64,000 nucleotides of DNA from Antedon mediterranea. Lineage: Eukaryota; Animalia; Echinodermata. Within the stretch, counting starts at the first letter, position 1; each line of letters begins with the position of its first letter. Where the stretch lies: NCBI RefSeq assembly GCF_964355755.1, contig NC_092674.1, forward strand, positions 18,724,001-18,788,000. The letters run 5' to 3'. Made by a program: the position numbers and the translations under genes. This document shows positions 23,731 through 36,200 of the stretch, in pieces. The notes under the pieces are model-generated. The model saw nothing but the letters and a program-made list of their open reading frames with translations. It was not told the DNA's origin and did no database searches.

Positions 23731-24908
23731 CTGTAAGCCTTGAGTGGCAATTACTGTAAAGTTGTTGAGAAGGGTAATGTTATTGCAGACACCCTGGTAA
23801 TTGGAGACGAGTTACGTCGTAATATATTAGTTCAGATTTATAACAAATTTAATGTTATTGATAAGAATTATCTTACTTTGAGAGTCCTGGTAATTGGAGA
23901 CAGGTCATACTTTACTTTAATTTATTATCCATAGCGTTAAACTATTGCCCTGAATTGTGGTCACTCACTTGTTTGAGGTCCATGGTTTTTGTGTTTGTTT
24001 GTGTTTTTTAAGCCTCTAGGCCTGATGTTTCCAAAGTATAAAATGCAATTTTTTGAAGACCTGCAGCTCTAGTTTTAAACAGTTTCTTAGCTCAGCCCCA
24101 ACAATAAAGCTGGTCATATTTCGAAGTACAAGAAGTGCATTTTCCGGGACCTAACATCTCTATTTTTCAAACATTTCTTAGCTCAGTCACAACCATGATT
24201 GGGACTTATATATTTTGTTTCATGTTTTGAAGTATATTAAGTCCAATTTCCGGGACCTCTATAAGCCTTGAGTGGCAATTACTGTAAAGTTGTTGAGAAG
24301 GGTAATGTTATTGCAGACACCCTGGTAATTGGAGACGAGTTACGTCGTAATATATTAGTTCAGATTTATAACAAATTTAATGTTATTGATAAGAATTATC
24401 TTACTTTGAGAGTCCTGGTAATTGGAGACAGGTCATACTTTACTTTAATTTATTATCCATAGCGTTAAACTATTGCCCTGAATTGTGGTCACTCACTTGT
24501 TTGAGGTCCATGGTTTTTGTGTTTGCTTGCGTTTTTTAAGCCTCTAGGCCTGATGTTTCCAAAGTATAAAATGCAATTTTTTGAAGACCTGCAGCTCTAG
24601 TTTTAAACAGTTTCTTAGCTCAGCCCCAACAATAAAGCTGATCATATTTCGAAGTACAAGAAGTGCATTTTCCGGGACCTAACATCTCTATTTTTCAAAC
24701 ATTTCTTAGCTCAGTCACAACCATGATTGGGACTTATATATTTTGTTTCATGTTTTGAAGTATATTAAGTCCAATTTCCGGGACCTCCTGGTAATTGGAG
24801 ACAGGTCATACTTTACTTTAATTTATTATCCATAGCGTTAAACTATTGCCCTGAATTGTGGTCACTCACTTGTTTGAGGTCCATGGTTTTTGTGTTTGTT
24901 TGTGTTTT
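23731..24908 (+). repeat. Complex tandem repeat (528-bp period) alternating local sequence with a copy of 22375-22637
   Basis: Identical ORFs occur at 23740 and 24268. The hAT-internal segment is re-copied at about 24000-24258 and 24525-24787. Confidence 0.93.
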
Positions 24909-25309
24909 ATAAGAAATTGATCAGAAAAGAATAAACTTGATTTTGCATTCGGTACATGTTGTATGAGACTCCCTTTTGTTGCATACCTAAGACAGAAGCT
25001 AGACCTTCGGTCCAAATTGTTCATTCGTGATTTTCATGGTGACAATTATTATCATTATGAAACCAGCCATCTAATGTGATATATAAACGCTTGGCTTGTT
25101 GTGCCAAATCTTTCTGTTTGCGTTTTCTTCCTCTCTCCCCCACTTGGAGAAGCGACGTCGAAAAATCGTATATGCGCCCTCTGTAGTATGTGAAACGATC
25201 TAAGTTTAACTATCGTTATGTATGTCACCCAGTGATTTGTAATAGCCGATTCTCTTTGGGGCCAGCAATGACACTAATTGCCTACTCTATGGTGCGCCAA
25301 GCTGTCATT

Positions 25310-28300
25310 TATTCAAGCAATAGAGATATCTTAGTTTTTAATAGAGACATGTTAGTTTTAAATAGAGATATCTTAGTTTTAAATAGAGACATCTCTATTA
25401 ATAGAGATATCTCTATTGACAGAGATATCTCTATAAACGTGTTTATGTGCTCATTATAATATGTGCTAATTTTAAGTCTCATCATTTTTTTCTCAAACAT
25501 CCTGTTTCTGCCTCTGTTCCCTTTTGTTTCATTATAGCCTCTTATATTACAACTGGGACTGTGATAAGATATTGTTACAATATGGAAATATGACCATACT
25601 GATAGAAAATCGCATTACCCATAAAACACTGAACCGGAAACAAAACTAAGATATCTCTATTAATAGAGATATCTTTAATAATAGAGATATCTTAGTTTCA
25701 ATAGAGATATCTTAGTTTTAAATAGAGATATCTATATTTAAAACTAAGATATATCTATTTAAAACTAAGATATCTTAGTTTTTAAAATGGATATGAAAGG
25801 ATTTTAAAATTTCACAAAAAGGACTTTGTATGAATCCTTTTAATGTTAATAAACAGCACACAAAAAATTAGATTCAAATACCTAGTAGAAATTGAGAAAT
25901 AAACAAATTAAATTTTGGTATAAAACGTCCGCAAAATGGCCGACCAACTGGCACGCCATCTTAATTTTTATGAACGTTCTATACGCACGTACGAGATCGT
26001 CAAATTTAGAGTTTGAAACACCCGGGGTTGTAGCCACGGCAGCAGTCGTTTTGTGATTGGTTAATGAATTTTAATACAGTCCAATCACCGCCTTGTCTCG
26101 TTCGCGGACTGTGTGGTGTAAACAAAATAAACAAACCCATGCTACACGAGACTCGCGTGTTGCAAGCTCCCTGTTGCTGCAGTCGTAGAAAATATCGATA
26201 TTTCACAAATCAATAAAAAGTTATGTCTGCAAAGATTGTACGTGAAAAGAAGAAAGTGTGTATTTGTACTTCTCACACTAAACCACTCACGCAGACTACA
26301 AATTAGGCTAGGTCTAGTAGACTATAGTTTCTTCTAAATTCGCTAGTAGTAGGCTAGGCCTACACATGGAGTTACTCCATGGCCTACAGTACAAGAGAGT
26401 AGCAGTCGCCGGTCCACCGACGAACCTCCAGGAAGTGGACAAGGCGCGGGCGTAGACGTATGTAAAAGGCGACGTAAATAAAAAAGGTAAGCTTGTGTTG
26501 AACTTGTTTTTGGCTCTGACTTTTGTTATTGACTAATATAGTAATATAATAATACTAATAATTAAAGTAGAGCAGAGGAGGTGAGGCCGAGAGGATTATT
26601 ATAGTTTAGTTAGTAACTGTAGTGTAATTAAATAATAACCTCTTTCTGTTTGTTACCAAGTCATAAAATATAATACTATAGGGCCTAGAGGTAGGATTGA
26701 ATAAAAATAATAGTACATTTCCATCCATTTATTGGTCTTATCTTTGCAGATTTATGGAATCAACAGTACATGAGATGGCTTTGAAGAACTGTAATAGTAC
26801 TAGTAATAAAATTGTAAACATCAAATTATATGGCAGAAATAGTGTGTGGAATGAATTTTATTGAACAAATGCATCATAATGAGTTTGGAACAAGCAGGAT
26901 TTTTCAAACAGGACATAAATTACTTTTGAGACCTGAGACATTTTAATTCTATCAACACCAGCCAGCTCCATCATATTCAAGAGATGGATTCTTTCATAAA
27001 TGTCCATTGTACATAGTATTTGGCTAAATAAATAAAAAAAGAAGTACAGTAGTGGTTTATTTGTTTATATACCCAGACCCATTTAGATGGTTAAAAACAA
27101 ACACTATATGATGCACTGCTACTAGTGTACTGTCTGGTAGTACATTACCATAGTTACAGTATGACTGTAACCCTAGCACTCGCGTCTAAAGAATTCTATT
27201 ATGCATATTTTACTATTCTTCATAAATATTTAGTTCTGTAATTTTAATTGTCTGCGCTCATTCTATACTTGGTGTCTTAGTATACTGCATAAATGTATCG
27301 TGCAAGCATGATCCAAGTAGCATCTATTATAAAGTACTCTGGGTATCTTTCTATTCACCTGAAAAAAGGAAAATGAATAAGCACATGTTTATCTGCCCTC
27401 AAAACAAAATAATAATTTAGTATAATGTATTATGTAGGTTTGATCAACAGTTTAAAATAGCAATGCTCAGTATCTGTTACCTTAATATTATAATTTGACT
27501 CTAACATTTGCGCTTCCATTCCAATCAATAAATACATTTGCTTATCCCGTCCATCAATTATCATAATTGCACTCCAATTATAGACCTGTAGGTAGGTAAA
27601 AATACAAATGAATTGTTTATTTACTGTATACTGTACTGTATATGATACAAGCTGAAATACCCCTAACTAGGCCTGGCCTGTTATAACCTTTATTACTACA
27701 TTAGAGAAAATCCAACTCTATTCATTTTATTGGGAATCATAATATTTAGTATTCAGTGTTGCCTAGCCTACTAGCTAGTAGGGCGGCATGTAATAACAAA
27801 AAAATATTTCAATAATACGTTAGTCAGGACACTACAGCACACAACAATATTAATTAATAAACGTACTTATAAATAATGTGTATATACATAATACAGTAAC
27901 ACAATTGTGCCTACCATTAACACCCTCAACGATACATCAAGGAGCATACGCTCTCAGCTCACCTCTGGCCGGGCGACTAAACATCGTATCCAGCAGTCAT
28001 CACTACTAAAAAGGCCTAGGCCTAGCTAGCTCCAGGCCATGGCATTGTCAAACACCATTTACTCGTCCAACCGTTTCTTCAAAACGATGTTAACATCCGT
28101 GTTAACAAGACGATGTGGACGAATTTCCATCAATTTCAGTTAATTACAACGAAATAATAATAAAATGAATGTTTCAATAATACGTGTATAATAAATAGCG
28201 AAATAAACATCGCTCGCGAGGAGGGTCGAGAGAGAGGCCAAGGTGGTCGACTCTGTGATTCTCACGCATGCGCAAAATAACTCCGTGTACCCAGCAAGAT

Positions 28301-28770
28301 AGGCATTTGGCTATGAATTTCGTAAAAGATGGCCTTGAAAAACGAAATTAAAATCCGTTTAAAAAAAAACTTGGTTGATAATATGAATTAATTTTATTCG
28401 ATTAGGCTAACATACTTATCCAAGAATAAAAATATCAAAGCAATAAGTAATTACTACCATGCTTTTGCATCAATCAATGATTTACTGCTAAATTCCTATC
28501 TCTGTAATACAAAAATAACTTTTAGTGACGTCACAAAAAGTTTTTCACAGGTTTCTCAGGGGCGTTTTGAGGGCGTTGTCGTCCTCCAAAACATTAAGTA
28601 TGACTATGGCAAGCTTAAAACTGATTGATCTACACGTTGAGCCAATAAAATGATATTGCTAGGAACCCTTTCATATCCATTTTAATAGAGATATCTTAGT
28701 TTTAAATAGAAATATCTCTATTAATAGAGATATATTTGTTTTAAACTAAGATATCTTAGTTTTTAATAAC
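25310..28770. repeat. AGAGATATCT-based repeat element (about 21-bp units) split by a TTAA-site insertion
   Basis: AATAGAGATATCTTAGTTTT arrays at about 25320-25435, 25645-25785 and 28682-28765, in both orientations. Confidence 0.75.
25786..28681. mobile_element. Kolobok-like non-autonomous DNA transposon
   Basis: 15-bp TIR AATGGATATGAAAGG / CCTTTCATATCCATT, flanked by TTAA at 25782-25785 and 28682-28685. Purine-purine termini fit Kolobok rather than piggyBac. No intact ORF. Confidence 0.8.
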
Positions 28771-29696
28771 TTAGGGCATGAAAAAATCATGTATTATCAT
28801 GTATTAATGTACATAAAAATATCTGTTAATAAAAGATTTACAAATAAAAACTGTTTTATATTTAAATGATTTAAATTGTAGTTTACTATATTTAATACTA
28901 AATTTGATAATATTAAAGGTTTTTAATTAGGTTATTAATCAGTTTTTTGCTGTTTTCTCAGAATTAATAATATAATGGATATAAGCCCTTTTGCATATCA
29001 GCTCTTCATTTGTTGACAACAGGCGATATATGTTGGGAACGAGGAGATGGATGTGAACAAAATTCCAAACATATTTGAGGACAGTGTGCAGTGGTAACAC
29101 TGACTTGTGAAAATGCTGGCCCTTTTGGGCAAATGTCTACATCTGTCTATTGCCAAAACTCCAAATCTGTACGGCACGTCAAATGTCAATTGCTTACACA
29201 GTCAGATATTTGACTTGCGATGCATTTTGTAAACAGCGTAAAAGGAATACATCTGGTGCTTTGGACGAATCAAGAAACCTACGATATATGGTGCATAGAC
29301 GTCTAATTGAAAAGTCTTCTCTACAGCAAAGACAGAAAAGGTAATTGAAGAGAAATGTAAACAGACTTTAAAAAAAAGGTAAGAGACATGTTTGCGAGGG
29401 AAGCAAGTTTTCTGAACGCTACACAGTCTGTTGCAATGAAGAAAGCCTTTAAAGAGGCTGAACCCTTTATAAAGGATGCAATACCAAAGGGGACAGCATC
29501 AGAATTATTGTTCAACCAGCAAAAGGAAGCCTTGTCAAAAAACAAACAAATGCGATGGCACCCTACAGTTATCAAATGGTGTGTTGCACTACATGCAAAG
29601 AGTGATGAGTTTCTCAAATCAACAAGTTACCAGCAGTTTCAACAATATACAGGATATGCTCTACCTGGTGCTGGAATTTCCTGAAAATTTCAAACC

Positions 29697-32600
29697 GGTG
29701 CAGGTCAACTCGGCCCTAAACCGTCTCGGCCAAAGTCAAGTCGGCCTCAAGTCAAGTTGGCCTCAAGTCAAGTCGACCTCAAGTCAAGTCGGCCTCAAGT
29801 CAAGTCGGCCTCAAGTCAAGTCGGCCTCAAGTCAAGTCGGCCTCAAGTCAACTCGGCCTCAAGTCAACTCGGCCTCAAGTCAACTCGGCCTCAAGTCAAC
29901 TCGGCCTCAAGTCAACTCGGCCTCAAGTCAACTCGGCCTCAAGTCAACTCGGCCTCAAGTCAACTCGGCCTCAAGTCAACTCGGCCAAAAACTAATCCGT
30001 CAACTCGGCCTCTTAAAAGTATGGAACGCAAACAATGCTAATATAGTAGTTCATTTATTACAATGGCAGGCCTACATAATAGACGAAATAACGGAAATTT
30101 CAATGTAAATTATAAGACACTGGGTCGTTTAATTGATAGGTAGGCCTAGGCCTAGTATTTATTTATATTGTTGGTTGGTTGGTTAGTCTTGGTAAGAACC
30201 CTCATTAATGTGTTTGTTAGATCTATATTTTGATACAAATAGGATGTTCCCAGAAAGAATCGAAATATTCTTAGTAGGCCTAGGCATATACATTATATAG
30301 ATATTTAGATTAATACAGTAAAATATATTTTCTCTCAAATTATTAGCAATATGTTACGGTCAAAGTGAATAACTATTATGTGACATTAAAACGGTATATT
30401 ACAGTAACAATCGTTACACACATTCATTTCTTCGGGGGTACGATGACGATGTAAATCAAACTACCGAAGATGTTATGGAAACATCAAAAAGCAAAAACTA
30501 AAACATTGTTTGAGTCCTAAACAACGGAATTCCTAAACATTATTGTATATATATTATATATTTTGTGTGATACAAATAAGCAAACATTGATGCATAATTT
30601 TGTAAAAAAAGTGAAAAAAAAAAAAAGTTAACTTGATATTGCATTATAGATTATTGTCAGATTCATTCATTTATTTTAAGCAGTTTCAATAACATATACT
30701 GTAAAGTAAAAACAAGAACAAGATTACTAGCAGACTCTAGACATTTATAAAACTAAAATAAACTAGAATTTAATTCGTCACTTTGATCATTTTTATCATT
30801 TTAATGAAATTAACACTTTTTAAACATGCATGTACGTTAACATACGATCGTAAAAAGTTGATGTACGCCATCCTATGACATGATGCATACGCTTATAGTG
30901 CTGAGTTGTGCCTATTATATGCCATATACAATATGTACAGTATATACTGTATATCTATATACAGTGTAGCATAGGTGAAATTACGGGACACACATCATGT
31001 TCTAATTTTTTGGTATGATGGAATTATCAAAATAAACTCAAAGATGACAATTTCGAAAGATAATGAATTGAGCAAATAAATATAAGAATTGGAAGAGAAT
31101 CCGGCACGTAGAAGCGCTGTGCGCGCTCTTTGGAATTTGTATAACTTTGACGAAAAAGATGAAAAAAATACTTTTTAACTTCATCTAGCCATATGTTAAC
31201 GTCACTACATCCGATAGGCTTGGTTTTTATATGAATTTACACGACCTACGTTATTCAAGTTTTTACGCGTGATGACGTCATCAAAATGAAAACACTGACA
31301 ACTTATGAGAAAGATAAATAATTAAGCAAGCACACACTGAAATTTGTGCGAAAATCGAGCTCAAATAGCGGAGATGCGCTCTATTGAATGTGATAACCTA
31401 CACAAAACGGAAAAAAATCCTAATTTTTAAATTCAAGTGGCCATTTGATAACGTAATACCATTTTGTACGTCTAATGTGTATATACATTTATATCTACAA
31501 CTCAATGGCTTCCCGAATAAATTAAAAAACTTAGGGGTCATCGTGCATTCTGAAGAGTTATTTTCATTTTAAAAAAGACATATTTTTCACCATTTTCAGA
31601 ACTTTTGTGAAATTAATGTGCGCATTTTGTCATTTTTAACGTGCTCGTATACCGTTATTTTAAGTCGGAATGGACTCAAGATCGGTGAATGTACAAAGAA
31701 TTGTGAGTAGAATGTGATTTATACATCAAATTCCATTTGTTACGCCTTCTAAGAATCGCGTACGCAAAAACGTGTTTTTTTAATTTTTTGAAACACGCAA
31801 ATGGCCTAATTCATGCTCTAAATTGATCAAAACTTAATTTTGAGCTTTTTAAATTTTTAACGCGCGATTTCACGCGCATGACCTTGAAACGCGCAAGTTT
31901 TTATTTGCTAATATTTTTTACCTTGACCTAAAGTTTACGTGTAGTGAATTTTATTAATATGTGATAATGAATTATGAAGATATGATTGATAATGTGATTT
32001 CACAAAATGGCGTATACGTGTTGTCACGGATGAGTGATCACGCTGAAAAGCTTACTAGGACTAAGTTACAGTATTTGAAAGACATTGTGAAATTTTGGTA
32101 ATCATTGACATTCAACTTTTTGAGATATTTGTTAAACAAAAAGTGTACAGAAAGAAGAAGAAGAATAATAAAGACTTAATACAATAACAATAGGTGATCA
32201 TTTTATTCTAAATGATCACCTAATTAAAATTAAAAATAGAAAGAGATGAGACAAAACAAGTATCAGTAAACAATTAGCGTGATGTTGACCACCTGATAGC
32301 CGAAAAACCCACAGTCATTCAGGCTAATATATTTCCAGAGAAAAGAATTTAAGCTGCATCACACATTATTTTTAAAATAGCGTTACTTACCTACTTCCAT
32401 TCCATGTTTCGTTTGCGTCAATGGTGTTTATTAATTTCTGTCATTATCAATCATTACATGATTCGAGTTCTTCTAAAATAGATCACGAACATCGGATCAT
32501 TCGGCGTAATTCTACAATCTTGCTATGTTATGGTATTTCATTACCATAACATAGCAAGATTACTTTATTAATTACTATTTAATGAATGTAATAATAAAAG

Positions 32601-33102
32601 AAATACATTAATCTTTATTATGTTTGTTGTATGTTAGACCAAAGTATATTGTTTAGATATTATCATTAAAATGTCTTCGTCGACAGTTATTCCTGTATAC
32701 AAAATGTGAAGAAATATTTATTTATTTTAAACAATAAATAAACACTACCTATTATATTAAACGAAACACAACCAGGTCCAGTGTGTTATTAAATTTATAT
32801 TGAATTTTCCGTTTTATTTCGTCTATTATGTTAGCCGGCCCCTAGACCTAACCGTAGGCCTACTGTGATGATATCCTGTCATTATAATATTAACTACTAT
32901 ATTAGCACTTTTTGCGTTCCATACTTTTTAGAGGCCGAGTTGACGGATTAGTTTTTGGCCGAGTTGACGTGAGGCCGAGTTGGCTTGAGGCCGAGTTGAC
33001 TTGGGGCCGAGTTGACTTGGTGCCGAGTTGACTTGGGCCGACTTGACGTGGGGCCGACTTGACTTTGGCCGAGACGGTTTAGGGCCGAGTTGGATCGAAT
33101 TC
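29697..33102. mobile_element. Foldback (MuDR/Rehavkus-like) non-autonomous element with 16-bp tandem repeats in long TIRs
   Basis: CCTCAAGTCAACTCGG arrays in inverted orientation at both ends, with inverted similarity extending several hundred bp inward. A candidate imperfect 9-bp TSD is TTTCAAACC / TATCAAACG. Confidence 0.8.
30759..32224 (+). mobile_element. Helentron/DINE-like non-autonomous element
   Basis: Starts AAACTAGAATT, has internal GACCTTGA motifs and an AAG/AAT microsatellite, and ends in the hairpin TAGGTGATCATTT-TATTCT-AAATGATCACCTA. The 5' end is uncertain. Confidence 0.55.
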
Positions 33103-33419
33103 TATCAAACGTATAAAGGAGGATTCTGCTGGTCTTTGTTTTTCAATGAAAACTGGAACCTTTTACAGGATTTGTTGGATCGATTGATAATGAAATCAGG
33201 AAATTTGAAAGCAGATGTGCAAAGGAGAAAGATCCTGAAATTGCTACCCACGTAGTATTAGAGCAGTACATTGACAGAGTTATAGCAACTGCTCCATACT
33301 AAGATGGTAAAATATTGGAGAGATGGCTTTCCTAAACACCATTATTACACCAAAAGAACATTACCAACTTGTATTGCCTCCCATCGCACACAACAAATTA
33401 TCTGTAGGCCTAACCTAAA

Positions 33420-34240
33420 TCTGTTTTCCGATCATTGAAATCTGAATACAACAAAGCATGCGAAAAGTTCTTCAAGAAAAAATCCAGGCAAAGTAATAAC
33501 ACGGTTAAACTTTTGCAGAATATTGAAAGACGTGTATGTTGTTTCATGCATTATGGCGAATGCTGCTATAAGCGGGTTTTCTGCAACGGGTATATATACA
33601 TTTAATCCAGATGCAGTTCGCAAGATTTAAATTTTGGATTTAAAGAACAAGCCATCACAGATATATAATGCCGATGAAACCAAACTTAGTTTGGTGCACA
33701 ATCTATCAAAGATTCAAGATAGATCAAGATAGAGAACTATCCAGTGTAAAATAAGTGGAAACAGAGTGAGAATGTAATAGTGCTAGCCTGTGCAAATGCT
33801 GCAGGGTTATTTACCACCCTTGATTAATAAAGGCCAGCTACTGAGCGATTCTTTAATGCAGAATGCTCCTGCCGATTCTTTCTTTGGTGTCAGCAAGTCA
33901 CTGTTCATTGATATGGAGTTGTTTGACATGTGGTTTAGAAAGTTTTTTTGTTGGTGCTCCTTTCCACCGAACACAACAAATCATCTGTAACCTTTGGGTA
34001 AATTTGTTTTCCAATCATTGAAATCTGAATACAAGAAAGCATGTGAAAAGTTCCTTAAGAAAAATCCAGGAAAAAACACGGTTCAACTATTACGGAATAT
34101 TGAAAGATGCGTATTGCTGCTACATATAAGTGGGTTTTCTGCAACGGGTATATATCCTTTTAATCCAGATGCTGCTGAGTTTCTACAAGCTTCAACTGTA
34201 GAGAACATTTTCGCGAATAAGCCTGTTAATTCAAATTAAG
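33420..34240 (+). pseudogene. pogo/Tigger/CENP-B-type (DDE_1) transposase remnant
   Basis: Motifs IYNADET, VLACANAAG, LPPLI, ELFDMWF, VFQSLKSEY and SGFSATGIYPFNP. The C-terminal piece occurs twice (~33420-33620 and ~34000-34175). Confidence 0.8.
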
Positions 34241-34729
34241 TCAATCCACAGGATCAACCCTTTCATGATTCGGTTGAACAAATTGCTTATGCCCTTTCTA
34301 CTGATGGTAATGCCAACTGCAATTCCACAGACAACCCTGGGCCAAGTATGTTTATCTACTCCTCTCTACCACTCGGATGGTACTTGGTTACATTTCAACA
34401 AGAATATTTATGTTAGTGTGGTATACATTACTTTTAGCTTTTTGATTCTTTTACTTTTAATTGATTTACAGCATTTTGGAATGCTATTAAGTATTGTGTT
34501 GATTTGTTTTCGACTTAAAATGTGAATAGACACCACATTTACTCTCCATAGGGTAATCGGGAAATGCCTGTGGTCCTCTATTTGTTTATAGGATTAACCA
34601 TTTTTATATACTCGGATGCCAATAGAGACACAATTTAATACCATAGTGCGGTATTTAGGGGGAGGGGCAAGAAAACTTTAAAAAAAATTAAATCTTCCGC
34701 AAACGGAACAGACCTCACAGAACGCCTTT

Positions 34730-35490
34730 GAGGAATTGAAAGCGCAATTTGGTGAGGTGTTTTTTGCCGGGGATCCGCTGGCTGAATTCTATGAAAGAGT
34801 CCAATATCCAGCAGAGACTCCTTCAATATATGCCGTAGAGCTAGAAGCACTTCTGAGAGAGGTGGAAGAAAGAGTGCAACATCCAATGGTTGATGGCGAC
34901 CATTATGCTGACGCAACAGTTTATGAGGGGAGTAGGAGATGCGCATGTAACGCAGAGACTTCCTCCCATGAGACCAAGATCTATGATATTCAAAGAGGTT
35001 TAAAGCAGAACTCCGTCTTATGGAACGGGAGAACAAGACTACAAAGACTGTACAACAACAGTCAAATCAAGTTGACCGTCCAGAAAAAACGAAACTATAC
35101 AATTTAACAAAAGCAGTGAACGATTTAAAAGAACAGTTTACACAACTGCTGTCTATACAACAAGCCCAAGCAAGACCTGATTTCATGAGTGCCCAACAAG
35201 ATGAAAATCAAGAACTTATAAGGTGCAGAAAGTGCGGACAAGAAGGTCATATTGCCGTTGGATGCAGAATTCCGTTAAACTACAATGTTCCACGGTGGAG
35301 ATGTGCACCGCGGGACCAACACCACGAGTAAGCCTTAACAAGGTAAATACTTCTAATAATGTTTCCTCTTTTCGTAGTTCTCTTATAGGAGAGCCTAATG
35401 AGGATATCGTAGAAATTAATGGCATCACCTATAGGTCGTTAATAGACTCCGGGTCCCAGGTAACATCAATTACTGAAACTCTGTAGAAAG
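34730..35490 (+). pseudogene. Gypsy gag (capsid, CCHC knuckle) and protease remnant
   Basis: PLAEFYERVQ...YAVELEALL, CRKCGQEGHIAVGC and LIDSGSQVT, all frameshifted. Confidence 0.85.
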
Positions 35491-35944
35491 CTCATCCACA
35501 ATTATGCAAACTAAATTTAAATCATCTTATTATTATATCGCATGAGGGCGGGCATTTGTGTAGGATGTGCTATGCGATTGCATTCTGTGTAGCGTGGGTA
35601 ATTTATAGCGTGCTTACTACATGTGCGTTCTTTCTCTCATTCGACTCCTTTGAAGTAACACGTCTAACGATTGTTGTCTTCAGATTTTAACATACAGCTA
35701 TTTTGTCTTGGGTGTCTTTTGGAAATTGTTCTACACATTTAAGAGTCACATTTAGAGATTCTTTCAAATACTGTACTCGAGTCGAAGTTGCAGATCGTGT
35801 TTTTATCGACGTATTAACTGTTTTTTCCATAACGAGGACATTGGTTTAATATTCAAGATAAAGCTTTCAACATCCTGACGAAAGTGAGTACGTTCTCTTG
35901 ATCTTTGGCTTAGTATAATAAAATGGTAACGACGACGTATGAGG

Positions 35945-36200
35945 TAAGCCTGTGCGGACATTCGTTTGTCAAAAGATTAAAATTTTAGGCATGCGCTTAG
36001 ATCCAAAACTCTATCAATAAAGTGTACAATTTTCCTCGATTTGTCTTTGTCTACGTCACCAGACATTGTTTACATTCACATCGGCGAAAATGATAGTTAG
36101 CCAAATGCTGAAACGGCATCCCAGTTGTGTGGGTCAAACCTTTAACGATCGGGTCTTGGTCATTAATCAAAAACTTCAGTCAATTTATGCCGACGGTTGC
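35945..36200 (+). pseudogene. SGNH hydrolase remnant, probably from a Ngaro/DIRS-type element or a LINE ORF1
   Basis: Hand translation gives LCGHSFVKRL (block I), SPDIVYIHIGEND (block III) and FNDRVLVINQKL in the expected order, with deletions between them. Confidence 0.6.

Larger units (their letters stand above)
28960..33265 (+). pseudogene. P-element/THAP9-like transposase remnant, split by a foldback element
   Basis: MRWHPTVIKWCVALHAKS at about 29550-29603 before the insertion, and FTGFVGSIDNEIRKFE...IATHV at about 33162-33255 after it. Both match motifs of invertebrate P-type transposases. Confidence 0.7.

Noticed and set aside
23740-24462. Two identical 64-aa ORFs as a duplicated small gene
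   Set aside because: They start at TTG, have no recognisable motif, and are explained by the tandem rearrangement.
262-25187. CTCF-like GCGCCCTCT motifs at ~265, ~8544 and ~25174
   Set aside because: They are partial matches only and cannot be told from chance or TE-borne motifs without binding data.
29740-29990. Regular short repeats as a possible CRISPR array
   Set aside because: The repeats are contiguous with no unique spacers, there are no cas genes, and the context is eukaryotic.
29476-30108. 210-aa ORF with STRPQVNSASSQLGLK repeats (also 43259-43714)
   Set aside because: It is a translation of a stop-free 16-bp tandem repeat in a transposon TIR, not a protein gene.
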